A stretch of 64,000 bases of DNA from Amoebophrya sp. A120 (lineage: Eukaryota; Protista; Dinoflagellata). The first letter of the stretch is position 1, and every line of letters starts with the position of its first letter. The DNA lies in NCBI GenBank assembly GCA_905178155.1, contig CAJINV010000009.1, positions 2,953,373-3,017,372 of the forward strand. The letters are read 5' to 3'. A model generated the notes under the pieces. That model had not been told where the DNA came from, made no database searches, and worked only from the letters and a program-made list of their open reading frames with translations. Positions 36,645 to 45,541 of this stretch are shown one piece after another. A program made the position numbers and the translations under genes.

Positions 36645-38153
36645 TTAGGTAGCTAATGCTGGTGGTTCGGAAGCTGTGATGTAGTTCGCATCAAGCTCAC
36701 TAGCGTCATCCGGAGACTTTGGACTGGGCCGGTACTCTGAAAAAATTCGCTTTGCTTTCGCGACATTTTCTTCCGGGTTTGCATTTGATGAAAAATCGAG
36801 GAAAAACCTCTGCTGGTCTTCTTTTTTTCGCCCGACTTCTCGCCAAGTAGGCCGAAACCAGGGAGGATACACGTAAATTGATGTTCTTCCAGTGTAGTCA
36901 AATTTGCGCAGGTAGTGCGCCTGCAAGTACGCGCGTGGAAAGATAAAAACTCCGTCGAAACATGAAGTAGCTTCTTCTGCTTCTGAGTTTTCGGGACTGC
37001 CGGTAGAAAAATCGCCACCGTCAGCCGCAGCTCCTTGTTCAACGTCGTCCCGTCTTGCAATTGCGAACAGAAAGTCTGGCAAACGTGCGGAGACAATGCG
37101 ATGTGAATCCTCAGGAACTGCGTCATTTCGGCAGAGTCCGAGATCCAGCCGGACGTACGATTGATGTCCGTCATTTTCGCAACTCCGGGCCATTATTGGC
37201 ATGCCCTCTATCAGAAAATGCGCGTCAAGTGATCGCGATCGAGCTGAAGGCCGCTGGACGTTGAGGCCGCACCGATTCCGCAAAAATAAAACGATCTGCA
37301 GTAGCGTCTTCTGCAGCAGGATGTCGCAGTTCGAGGAGTAAAGGCGGCTAACAAACTCGTCCTCGCTGAGTAACTGGGAACGCTGCAAGTTTTCGGTCAG
37401 AAGCGCTTGCATCGCGTCTGAACTGCGAATTTCGTACACTCCTGCTCGGTCGAGTTTAATACGCAGCGGAGCGCCGGGCTTCGTGCCGGGCAGCCGAACG
37501 GAATCCAAAAACTCAAAAGGAAAGAAGAAGAGCTGCCGCGACGATGTGACCACAAAGACAACTCCGATCCCGAGTCGCTGCTTCGGCATAGGGAAAACCA
37601 GGGAGTTGTTTCGAATTTCTTTGACCGAACGCAGCACCAGCGGGCACCATTTTGTTTTTTCGAATACGCTGCTGCCGGGTGCGACGGCAGAGTTCTCGTT
37701 CTGACGGTAAACAACTTGCGCAATGCTGCGGTGCGGTAGTGTTTGAAACTGGAAAAAGTTTCCTGCCTGCTCCAAAAAAACCGCTTTACCCGCGATGCTC
37801 TGCTTCGTTGTTGTCTGCAGACGGCCTGTCACGTCCTTTTCGCTGCGGCGTAATGCACGCTTTGCTCGTGAAGACAGTCCAGGTCCACCATGCGGGTGCC
37901 ACTCGTAGCCGAGCCAATCCGGGAAACCGTTCCAACCGGTGCTTCGGTAGAAAGTCCTCGGGTCGCTGGGAATACCGGCCGGTCTGCTTCCGGACTTAAT
38001 CCACTCCAGCCATTCGCGCCAAGACTTGAGCTGCAAAGAGCGAACAACTTCGCGGGCGTCCTCGAAGCAAAGAAAATCCGTCTGTCTGCTTCTTCGCGGT
38101 GCGCGGGAGCTGGTCGCAGCACTGCTCTTCAACAGCAAGGAGCGGGAAAACAT
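36645..38153 (-). CDS. Integrase-repeat (INT_rpt-like) plus MepB-like domain protein, paralog A1
   Basis: 502-aa intronless ORF; FEDAREVVRSLQLKSWREW...IPSDPRTFY...GW.GFPDWLG repeat unit; C-terminal GVFIFPRAYL...GRTSIYVYPPW; Arg/Ser-rich N-terminus. Confidence 0.8.
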   Translation of the reverse strand: MFSRSLLLKSSAATSSRAPRRSRQTDFLCFEDAREVVRSLQLKSWREWLEWIKSGSRPAGIPSDPRTFYRSTGWNGFPDWLGYEWHPHGGPGLSSRAKRALRRSEKDVTGRLQTTTKQSIAGKAVFLEQAGNFFQFQTLPHRSIAQVVYRQNENSAVAPGSSVFEKTKWCPLVLRSVKEIRNNSLVFPMPKQRLGIGVVFVVTSSRQLFFFPFEFLDSVRLPGTKPGAPLRIKLDRAGVYEIRSSDAMQALLTENLQRSQLLSEDEFVSRLYSSNCDILLQKTLLQIVLFLRNRCGLNVQRPSARSRSLDAHFLIEGMPIMARSCENDGHQSYVRLDLGLCRNDAVPEDSHRIVSARLPDFLFAIARRDDVEQGAAADGGDFSTGSPENSEAEEATSCFDGVFIFPRAYLQAHYLRKFDYTGRTSIYVYPPWFRPTWREVGRKKEDQQRFFLDFSSNANPEENVAKAKRIFSEYRPSPKSPDDASELDANYITASEPPALAT

Positions 38154-38251
38154 GATGCTACATTCAGCAAGGAATTCATCCTACGCATGCTACATCGAAA
38201 AACTCTCGCTTCTTCGCCCGTGCTTCTCGATGCCGAATCTCCACTCTCGCT

Positions 38252-39763
38252 CTATCGCCTCGCCCTCCAAATAGATACAAGAGAAGACCACACCGACAGC
38301 TGAAGACAGATTCGACACTTATCTATATCAAATTTGAACAACTTTCCAGCGTGCATTACCACCAATCGGGCGTTCATTCCGAGATGTTGGAAAAGCAAAA
38401 ATTGCAAAAGCTGCAGGCGAGCTTCTTCTTGATTATGCTCACTAGGTGGCGCGTTTTGTTTGTTGCGCGCGACAGAAAAGACGTTTTGCACTTTCTGGAC
38501 TGATTTTTGTGCCCCCTCTACGGTGGATAGATCCACAAAGAACTTCTCTTGCTCGACCTGATGTTTCTTGGAATCTGATCTATTGCTCGTGAACCATGGC
38601 GGGTAGACGTAAAACGCGGACTTTCCCGAGTGTTCATCTTCCAACGATGCTAGCTGGCCGTGATCCTGCAGATACTTTCGCGGAAAAATGAAGAACCCCC
38701 TCACTTTCTGGTCGGTTTTGTCGTCGCGCCAGATCGCCAGAAGATAATCGGGACACCGCTCGGACGCACACTTCTTGGATCTGGTGACGTTTCGGGCGAT
38801 ATCTCGGCCTAAACCAAGATCTACACGGCGACCCGTACGCTTCTCGCTGTCCACGTCAACAGTACAAAATCTTGCACACAAGGTCCTCCCGTCCGCAAGC
38901 TCGTAGTGGGCTGTGCTACTGGTTTCAGCAGATCGCGGTCTCTGAACTGCAACGCCACACTCGCTTCGTAGGAACTCTATAGCCTGGTGTAAGATCTGCT
39001 GCAGCCCGATATCCGTTTCCGGAAAGAGAACGGTGCAGAACTCCTCTTCGCGCAACAACTGCGATTTTTGGCGGTGCTCTTCCAAGCACTTCGTCAGCCC
39101 CTTCTGGTCAAAAATTTCACACCGGTCCGCAAAACTTCTAGGAATCCGGAGCATGCGGCGTGCATTCTTTTGAAGTCTTTGGTTCTGTTCGCACTGGACC
39201 AGTAAATCTCCTGGGAAGTAAAAAAATCTTCCTTCCGAAGCCACCAGGAAGATCACGCCGGCGCAACCGGCGAGCCGCGGCCTTTGAAGAAAAAAGGAGG
39301 CCGAAGGTGAGTAAACATCTCTCATGGAGCGTAAGATGAGCGGACACCAAACGGCGTTGCCGCGTTCACCCTTGGGACGGAAGACAAGTTGACAGACTGC
39401 CCGCTTTGGTAGAATCTCGAAGTCGTATGATCCAGCCGCAAAGGACAGAAAGGTCTCTAGAGGTAGTTGTCTTTCTTGCATGTAGGACTTCCGCTGCTTC
39501 TTCTCGCAAGTTTTCCCGTAACCAAGAAAATCCGGAAACCCACGCCACCCACAAGCTCGATACGAAATATGAGGCGCACGGGGAATCATATGTTTCTGAC
39601 GCATCCCTGCTGCACACCACGCCGTCCATTCCCGCCACGACTGCAATCCGAGACTGTGCATCACTGTGCGAGCTTTGTGAAATGGCAGAAATCGATGAGG
39701 CATCGAGGGCTGCGTGGACGTTACTTCGGAAAGCAAGCGGCGGGAAGCAGACAGTATCCTCAT
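38252..39763 (-). CDS. Integrase-repeat plus MepB-like domain protein, paralog B1
   Basis: 503-aa ORF; FLPFHKAR...GWRGFPDFLG; GFFIFPRKYL...GKSAFYVYPPW. Confidence 0.8.
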   Translation of the reverse strand: MRILSASRRLLSEVTSTQPSMPHRFLPFHKARTVMHSLGLQSWREWTAWCAAGMRQKHMIPRAPHISYRACGWRGFPDFLGYGKTCEKKQRKSYMQERQLPLETFLSFAAGSYDFEILPKRAVCQLVFRPKGERGNAVWCPLILRSMRDVYSPSASFFLQRPRLAGCAGVIFLVASEGRFFYFPGDLLVQCEQNQRLQKNARRMLRIPRSFADRCEIFDQKGLTKCLEEHRQKSQLLREEEFCTVLFPETDIGLQQILHQAIEFLRSECGVAVQRPRSAETSSTAHYELADGRTLCARFCTVDVDSEKRTGRRVDLGLGRDIARNVTRSKKCASERCPDYLLAIWRDDKTDQKVRGFFIFPRKYLQDHGQLASLEDEHSGKSAFYVYPPWFTSNRSDSKKHQVEQEKFFVDLSTVEGAQKSVQKVQNVFSVARNKQNAPPSEHNQEEARLQLLQFLLFQHLGMNARLVVMHAGKLFKFDIDKCRICLQLSVWSSLVSIWRARR

Positions 39764-39972
39764 ATTTCCTCGTGGTCGTGCGGTTGAATCAATTCTAGTT
39801 TTACGAAGGTACGTACACTAGACCTAGCTACTTAATGAAGCACAATTCCCGCATGATTTGTGCTGTTTATCGGAATCGAAAAGTCGTATACTCTCTCGCG
39901 CTTTAGTTCTTAAAAGAACACCTTACCAAGATAGTACTCAAATCCTGTACTCAGAAGTTGGGTACGCCTAGG

Positions 39973-40203
39973 TCATTCTTCCAACATCTCGTCCCGAAGC
40001 ATCTCCTTGATCTGCTCGATCTTCTGGCTCGCAAAATCCAAATCTAGATTTTTCATCGCATTCACTGAACCTGTAAGGTTCGCTGCACCCGCGAACATGC
40101 CGTCATAAAACGTAGAAGCAGAACCATTTCCTGCGTCAGAGTCCTTCTGTGTCTCCACTCCGTAAATGCTGTCTTCATGGTATTTACAAAGTAGATTCCC
40201 GAC
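39973..40203 (-). pseudogene. Duplicated 3' fragment of the gene at 43781-44986
   Basis: GNLLCKYHEDSIYGVETQKD...ASTFYDGMFAGAANL...LDLDFASQKIEQIKEMLR matches the C-terminus of ORF 43781-44986; no 5' part is present. Confidence 0.82.
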
Positions 40204-40453
40204 GCGTGGTGCCAGAAGCGAAGGTCAAGGTCGTAAACAACTCCAAAGTAAAATGTTTTTTGACTTTGACATACGGAGAGACGTGGACTAGATCTTAATC
40301 TTGTCCTTCAAACAGTGATCTTGAGGATAAACCGCTTGGTTACATAGTCCCAAGAACTGGTTTGAGCCTGACACTGCTGAGATTCGCTAGGTTCACGAAG
40401 CGCTTAGACCGTTCAGTTTAGGTTGTTGTAGGTAGCAGGGTTCTCCTGTCTAT

Positions 40454-41893
40454 TCAGACTTCATCTTCATCCTGTTGCTCAGCATCACTGTCGTTCGGTT
40501 TCGGTTTATACTCCGAAAAAATTCTTTTTGCTCGCGCAACATTTTCTTCGATGTTGGCATCTGGTGCAAAGTCTAAAAAGAACTGCTGTTGCTCCTGCTT
40601 CTTGCGGATCACCTCTTTCCATGTTGGATTGGACCACGGTGGATAGGCGTAGATCGCTGTCTTTCCGGCGTTATTTCCCCTCCTGAGCACGCGCAGCGAC
40701 TTCAAATACGCCCGCGGGAAAATGAAGACACCCCTCAGAAGATTGCCGTCCTGCTCCGCGCGGCCGCCAGCCTCGTGCTGAGCGCTGTCTTGACACTCTG
40801 CAGAAGATCGGTGCCACCTCGCGATCGCAAAGAGAAAGTCCGGGCAGCGCGCCTCGTCGCATTTGCGCATCCGCTCGCCCCCGTTGGCAACGGTACTTCG
40901 ATGCAGCCCCAGATCCAACCGCACGTAGGTTTGGCAACGGTCCGACTCGCAGCTGCGGGCTAACATTCTCATGCCATCGATCAGAAAGTGCGCGTCCAAA
41001 GACGGAAAACTTGGTCGCTCGACGTTGCAGCCGCAGCGGTCGCGCAGGAACTGCACCACCTGGAGCAAGCTCTGCTGCAACGCCCCATCGCCCGCAGTGG
41101 TGTAAAATGCTCTTCCGAACTCTTCTTCGGCCAGAAGCTTCGCGGACTGACAGTGCTCCGCCAGCTGCTTTTGCAGGTCGTCGGAACTCGTGATCTCGTA
41201 GGGTTTTGCTGTCTCGACGTCTATGCGGATTGGCGCGTCGGCTCTCACTGTCGGGCGCCGGAGAGAATCCAAAAATGCGAAAGGAAAAAAGAATACTCGA
41301 TCAGCTGCCGTGATGACGAATATCATTCCGAATCCGGATCTAATTTTGGGCGCGTGGAAAAACAGCCAGCGGTCACGAACCTCTTCAACAGAACGGAGCA
41401 CCAGCGGACACCACTTGTTCTCCTCCCCTTTCGTTTCGTTCTGATTTTGCGTGGTCTGGCGATAGACAAACTGCGCGATGCTCCGATGCGGTAAGATCTG
41501 GAACTCGAACGGCCCACCGGACGTCCGCTCCAAAAACAGCTTCTTCGCGGCGTTGCATTGTCGCGGCGAGTCTTGCAAACGCGCATTTGCTTGGCGCTGC
41601 TTCCGTCGGAGTGCCCGCTCGATCGACGGCTTAGGCCCGGGCCGCTGCCTCGCATACCCGAGCCAGTCGGGATAATCCGTCCAACCGGTGTTCCTGTAGA
41701 ACAGTCTCGGATTACTTGGCACGTCAGAAGGCCGACAGCCACTTCTGTTCCACAACAGCCACTCGCGCCAGGACTTCAATCTCGACGCCCGAACTATGTC
41801 GCGCGCGTCCTGAAAGGGAAGGAACTCTTTCGGCCTTCTACCTCTGCTGACCTTAACAGCGCTGAGCCGGTTGGGAAGCGAAAACGCTAACAT
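40454..41893 (-). CDS. Integrase-repeat plus MepB-like domain protein, paralog A2
   Basis: ORF 40454-42100, first ATG at 41893; FLPFQDAR...GWTDYPDWLG; GVFIFPRAYL...GKTAIYAYPPW; closest to 36645-38153. Confidence 0.8.
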   Translation of the reverse strand: MLAFSLPNRLSAVKVSRGRRPKEFLPFQDARDIVRASRLKSWREWLLWNRSGCRPSDVPSNPRLFYRNTGWTDYPDWLGYARQRPGPKPSIERALRRKQRQANARLQDSPRQCNAAKKLFLERTSGGPFEFQILPHRSIAQFVYRQTTQNQNETKGEENKWCPLVLRSVEEVRDRWLFFHAPKIRSGFGMIFVITAADRVFFFPFAFLDSLRRPTVRADAPIRIDVETAKPYEITSSDDLQKQLAEHCQSAKLLAEEEFGRAFYTTAGDGALQQSLLQVVQFLRDRCGCNVERPSFPSLDAHFLIDGMRMLARSCESDRCQTYVRLDLGLHRSTVANGGERMRKCDEARCPDFLFAIARWHRSSAECQDSAQHEAGGRAEQDGNLLRGVFIFPRAYLKSLRVLRRGNNAGKTAIYAYPPWSNPTWKEVIRKKQEQQQFFLDFAPDANIEENVARAKRIFSEYKPKPNDSDAEQQDEDEV

Positions 41894-42203
41894 TTTGTCG
41901 ACTGACCAATACTCAGTACGAATGGCATTGCTTTGCAGAATGAAACTTCTTCTGATACAAGTACGATGGAGTGTCCGATCTCTCGGGTAGACCAACCTCC
42001 AAAATTCATCGTTTCCCTCGCAATTCGCAAATTCTCCCAGTGAAGTAGCACCTGCCAACGTAGCCAATCTAAGCTGCTCTCCCCTCCGCCTGCTGCACAA
42101 GTGGGCATTGAAGCAACATCCTAGAACACGCTGAGTCCAACTCCAACACAGAATCTACCAAAATCTGAATCTTCAGAATCTCTATGTATACCGTGATGCT
42201 AAC

Positions 42204-43565
42204 TCATGCTGCAACAAGAAGCGATGACGGTCTTTCACCGTGACTGTTCTCGGGAAAATCCTCTGACTCTAAAATTTTGTGCACCTTTGCAACAGATGCG
42301 GCTTTATCTGCTTCTGGAGACAAATCGATACAAAATTGCTCTTGCTCCAGTTTTCGTTGGCGGGAATCGCTTCGCACTGGTGTGGTCCAAGGTGGATAGA
42401 CGTAGAGACTTTGCCTTCCGCTCTGCTTCTCGTTATCTAGTTCAGATAGTCGGCCTTTTTCTTGTAGAAACCGCCGCGGAAAAATAAATAAGGCCCGCAG
42501 ACGAGCTTTCTCAGCTGCAAACGGGACACGAGCTGCAGCACCGTCGTCGTCAAATGCTTGCTCTTCTTCGTCGCGCCACAGAGTTACTATGTAGTCAGGA
42601 CAACGCTCTGCTGCGCAACTGCTGAATCCGTCGCGCGAGCTATTAAGCTCGCGCGGCAATCCAAGTGCCACTTTGCGACCGTTTCGGAAAGCCCGCGCGG
42701 TCGGTAAGCTGTTGCACCGGAAAACCAAAGTCTTTCCGCCAGCAGTTTCGTAGTGTGCGTCGGACGTTACCGAGGTAGGACGCTTGAGAGTCAAACGGCA
42801 CACTGTGCGGAAGAAGGCGACCGCTTGCTGTACGAGGGTGTTCAGCAAAACGTCGACGTGACCGGAGAAGAGAGTCGACGGAAGCTCAGTCTCGTGAAGG
42901 AGAGTCGCGCAGCTGTAGTGCTTTTCCAAACAGTCGTGCAACGCGGCATTGTCGAAGACTTCGTACTCTCGGGCCCGCTCCATCGGAACTCGGTGCAAGG
43001 CCCAGGCATTCTTGTGTTGGAAACACGAGTCCAAAAAATCAAACGGAAAGAAGAAGAAGCGCTTCTCTGCCACCAGGATGAACAGCACTCCTCTACCGAC
43101 GCGGCACCCCGGTGGGCGAACGTACAGATGCGATCTTTCGGTGTACTGGTGCGTCATCGACCTCAAAACCAAAGGGCACCACAAATCCTGCTGCGCATCC
43201 TCCTCCGTCCGATAAGCTACATGTGCGAGTGCGCGGTGGGGAAGCAAGTCAAATTGATACGGTAAATTCGCAGCGTGTGAAAGGAAAAGTTCCTTCGCGG
43301 GCAGTATTGAATTACTGGATCTGATGCTGGCCTCGCCTGTGTCGTGGCCACGAGTGACGGCTGCTCTTTTTCGATATCCCAGCCAGTCGGGAAAGTCACA
43401 CCAGCCACTGTTTTTGTAGTAATGGTTCGGAGCACTGGGAATATTCTTTGGTCGCTTTCCAGCTGCACACCAAGCCCGCCACGTTCGCAAATTCTTGAAA
43501 TTGTAGGCATGTATGATTTCGCGCGCCCTGTCGAAAGGCAGGAACTTTGGACGAGGTGGCCTCAT
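42204..43565 (-). CDS. Integrase-repeat plus MepB-like domain protein, paralog B2
   Basis: 453-aa ORF; FLPFDRAR...GWCDFPDWLG; LFIFPRRFL...GRQSLYVYPPW; closest to 38252-39763. Confidence 0.8.
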   Translation of the reverse strand: MRPPRPKFLPFDRAREIIHAYNFKNLRTWRAWCAAGKRPKNIPSAPNHYYKNSGWCDFPDWLGYRKRAAVTRGHDTGEASIRSSNSILPAKELFLSHAANLPYQFDLLPHRALAHVAYRTEEDAQQDLWCPLVLRSMTHQYTERSHLYVRPPGCRVGRGVLFILVAEKRFFFFPFDFLDSCFQHKNAWALHRVPMERAREYEVFDNAALHDCLEKHYSCATLLHETELPSTLFSGHVDVLLNTLVQQAVAFFRTVCRLTLKRPTSVTSDAHYETAGGKTLVFRCNSLPTARAFRNGRKVALGLPRELNSSRDGFSSCAAERCPDYIVTLWRDEEEQAFDDDGAAARVPFAAEKARLRALFIFPRRFLQEKGRLSELDNEKQSGRQSLYVYPPWTTPVRSDSRQRKLEQEQFCIDLSPEADKAASVAKVHKILESEDFPENSHGERPSSLLVAA

Positions 43566-43780
43566 CTTGTAGGTGCTGCTTTGTTTTTGGCCGTTTTCCG
43601 AATTTTATGTGGTAAAATGGCACGCTTTGTCTCTACTATGGTGTCTCGCTCCCTCTCAGGTTTCTCTCTGGCATGTGCGCTCTAAACTGGAAATGACAGG
43701 AAAACGCCAAGCATTTCGGCCGTCTAAATAGGCGAACAAGACTTTTCACATGGGCGAAGAAATCTCTCCCCTGGGGGCTG

Positions 43781-44986
43781 TCAGGTGCTTGCGCTTGAAG
43801 ATCCTGGTGGTATGATATCTGCTCGAAGAATCTCCTTCATCTGCTCTATTTTTTGACTCGCAGAATCCAAATCCAAGTTTTTCAACGCATTAACAGAATC
43901 TCGTAGATTAGCTGCTCCAGCGACCATCCCGTCATAAAACGTAGAAGCAGAGCTGTTCTCTGTGCCCGCATCTTTCTGTGTTTCCACCCCATAAATGCTG
44001 CCATGGTACTTGCACAGCAGATTCCCCACACTGTCGTCGATGTTCTTAAACTTGCCTTGCTTTATCCCCTTCTCCAGCTCCGGAACCACGTCCTTCGAAA
44101 AAACGTCATCCAACGACCGGAATTCTATTTTCTTCCTCCCCCCGCCATCCGATTGTTCCATCCGGTTCTTCTCCGCCAAAAGTTTTTGCACGTTCACGAC
44201 GTCTAGCGATTCGCAATCCAAAATTCGCTGCAGGATGATCTTCTCCAGGTATTCATTCTCATCACCCTGCCTGACAGATTGCGTCGTGGTCTTCCCTGAT
44301 TGCCGAAGATTCGCCGAATGCACCGCGCGTTTAACCTCCAGCCTCAAGTGCTCCCCCACATCCCGTGGCTCCCAAACGAAAAACGTGTTTTCCGTTTCCG
44401 TGTCGTCCGCACGGTGGTAGGTGAGCGCGGCTATTGCTTCGAAAACGGCGGATAGACACTTGTCGTTGTGGATGATTTGCTCGAAATCTGGTTTCTTGCT
44501 CGCTTTATTTCCTTGTGCTGTGCCGACAGATTTCATCTGTGGTGGTAGTTCTTCTTCCTCCATGTCCTCTTCCAACAGGTCTTCGTGGTACTGAATTTTT
44601 TCCAAAATGTCTTCTTTCGTGTACGTCACAAGTCTCAACTCCATGCTTTTCTGTGAAGAGGACCCCCCGCCGTTTGAAGAAGACCCGGGTAGCAAAAGCA
44701 ATTCTGCGGCGACCTCGGTGATGACCAACTTTTTCAAAATGTTCCGGACCGCCAGCTCCTTGGATTTTTTCAAGCTCTGCGCTTTCTCAAAGTCCCCGCA
44801 ATTTTCAAGCAACGTGCCTATCGTGTCGGTTCGACAGGCGAAGAGGATCTTCATGTTGATGTTGTTTGAAAGACTTTTTTCCTTTTCGCTTTTGATTTCA
44901 CAGGATCGCAGGATTAGAATAGACGAGATGCAACAGAAAAAAAACTGAAGATCATCCTCGAGAAATTGCAATGTGACAAAAGGCAA
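43781..44986 (-). CDS. Hypothetical charged helical protein (probable ATG at 44854, MKILFACR)
   Basis: 401-codon intronless ORF; protein-level conservation with the fragment at 39973-40203. Confidence 0.72.
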   Translation of the reverse strand: MPFVTLQFLEDDLQFFFCCISSILILRSCEIKSEKEKSLSNNINMKILFACRTDTIGTLLENCGDFEKAQSLKKSKELAVRNILKKLVITEVAAELLLLPGSSSNGGGSSSQKSMELRLVTYTKEDILEKIQYHEDLLEEDMEEEELPPQMKSVGTAQGNKASKKPDFEQIIHNDKCLSAVFEAIAALTYHRADDTETENTFFVWEPRDVGEHLRLEVKRAVHSANLRQSGKTTTQSVRQGDENEYLEKIILQRILDCESLDVVNVQKLLAEKNRMEQSDGGGRKKIEFRSLDDVFSKDVVPELEKGIKQGKFKNIDDSVGNLLCKYHGSIYGVETQKDAGTENSSASTFYDGMVAGAANLRDSVNALKNLDLDSASQKIEQMKEILRADIIPPGSSSAST

Positions 44987-45541
44987 ACACGTCTATAACC
45001 GCTACGAGTAGAAGCAGTAGCTGGAAAAAGCGCTCCAAGGAATATTAAAGCAGCTTCGCCGCAAGAACAGAAAATGCCGGACTGAGTACCAGCGACTAAA
45101 ATTTTTCCTGTTTTCATCTGCTGTTGTTGAACTCATTTGTTTAAAACCCAGGCGTGTACTTACAGTGTGCCTTTCAAAGGCGTGGCCGCCGTGTCCAGTA
45201 CGCTCGTCATTGTGATTTTCTTTGAAACTGTCTCTGATGTTCTGAAGATTGTACACGAAGAAAAAGTAGCTAATTGATTGGTTGCAAGGCAACTCTGTTG
45301 TTCCGAACGAAATCGTAAAAGGCCAAGGTCTGAAAACTCTATCACTATCTGTACTTCGTCGATTGCGCCTCCTTGCGTTTCAAAAAAAGTCAATGCGCAG
45401 GCGTCTGTTGTGAAGTAAATTGTTCGAAGTCAGTGTACTGTAAATTGTTCGAAGAAGTTGTGCAAGTACTCGAAATCTTTGAAACCTAAGTAATTTTCTC
45501 TTCATTAACATAGCCCTGAGTCGCCCGTCACAAGAATAAAC

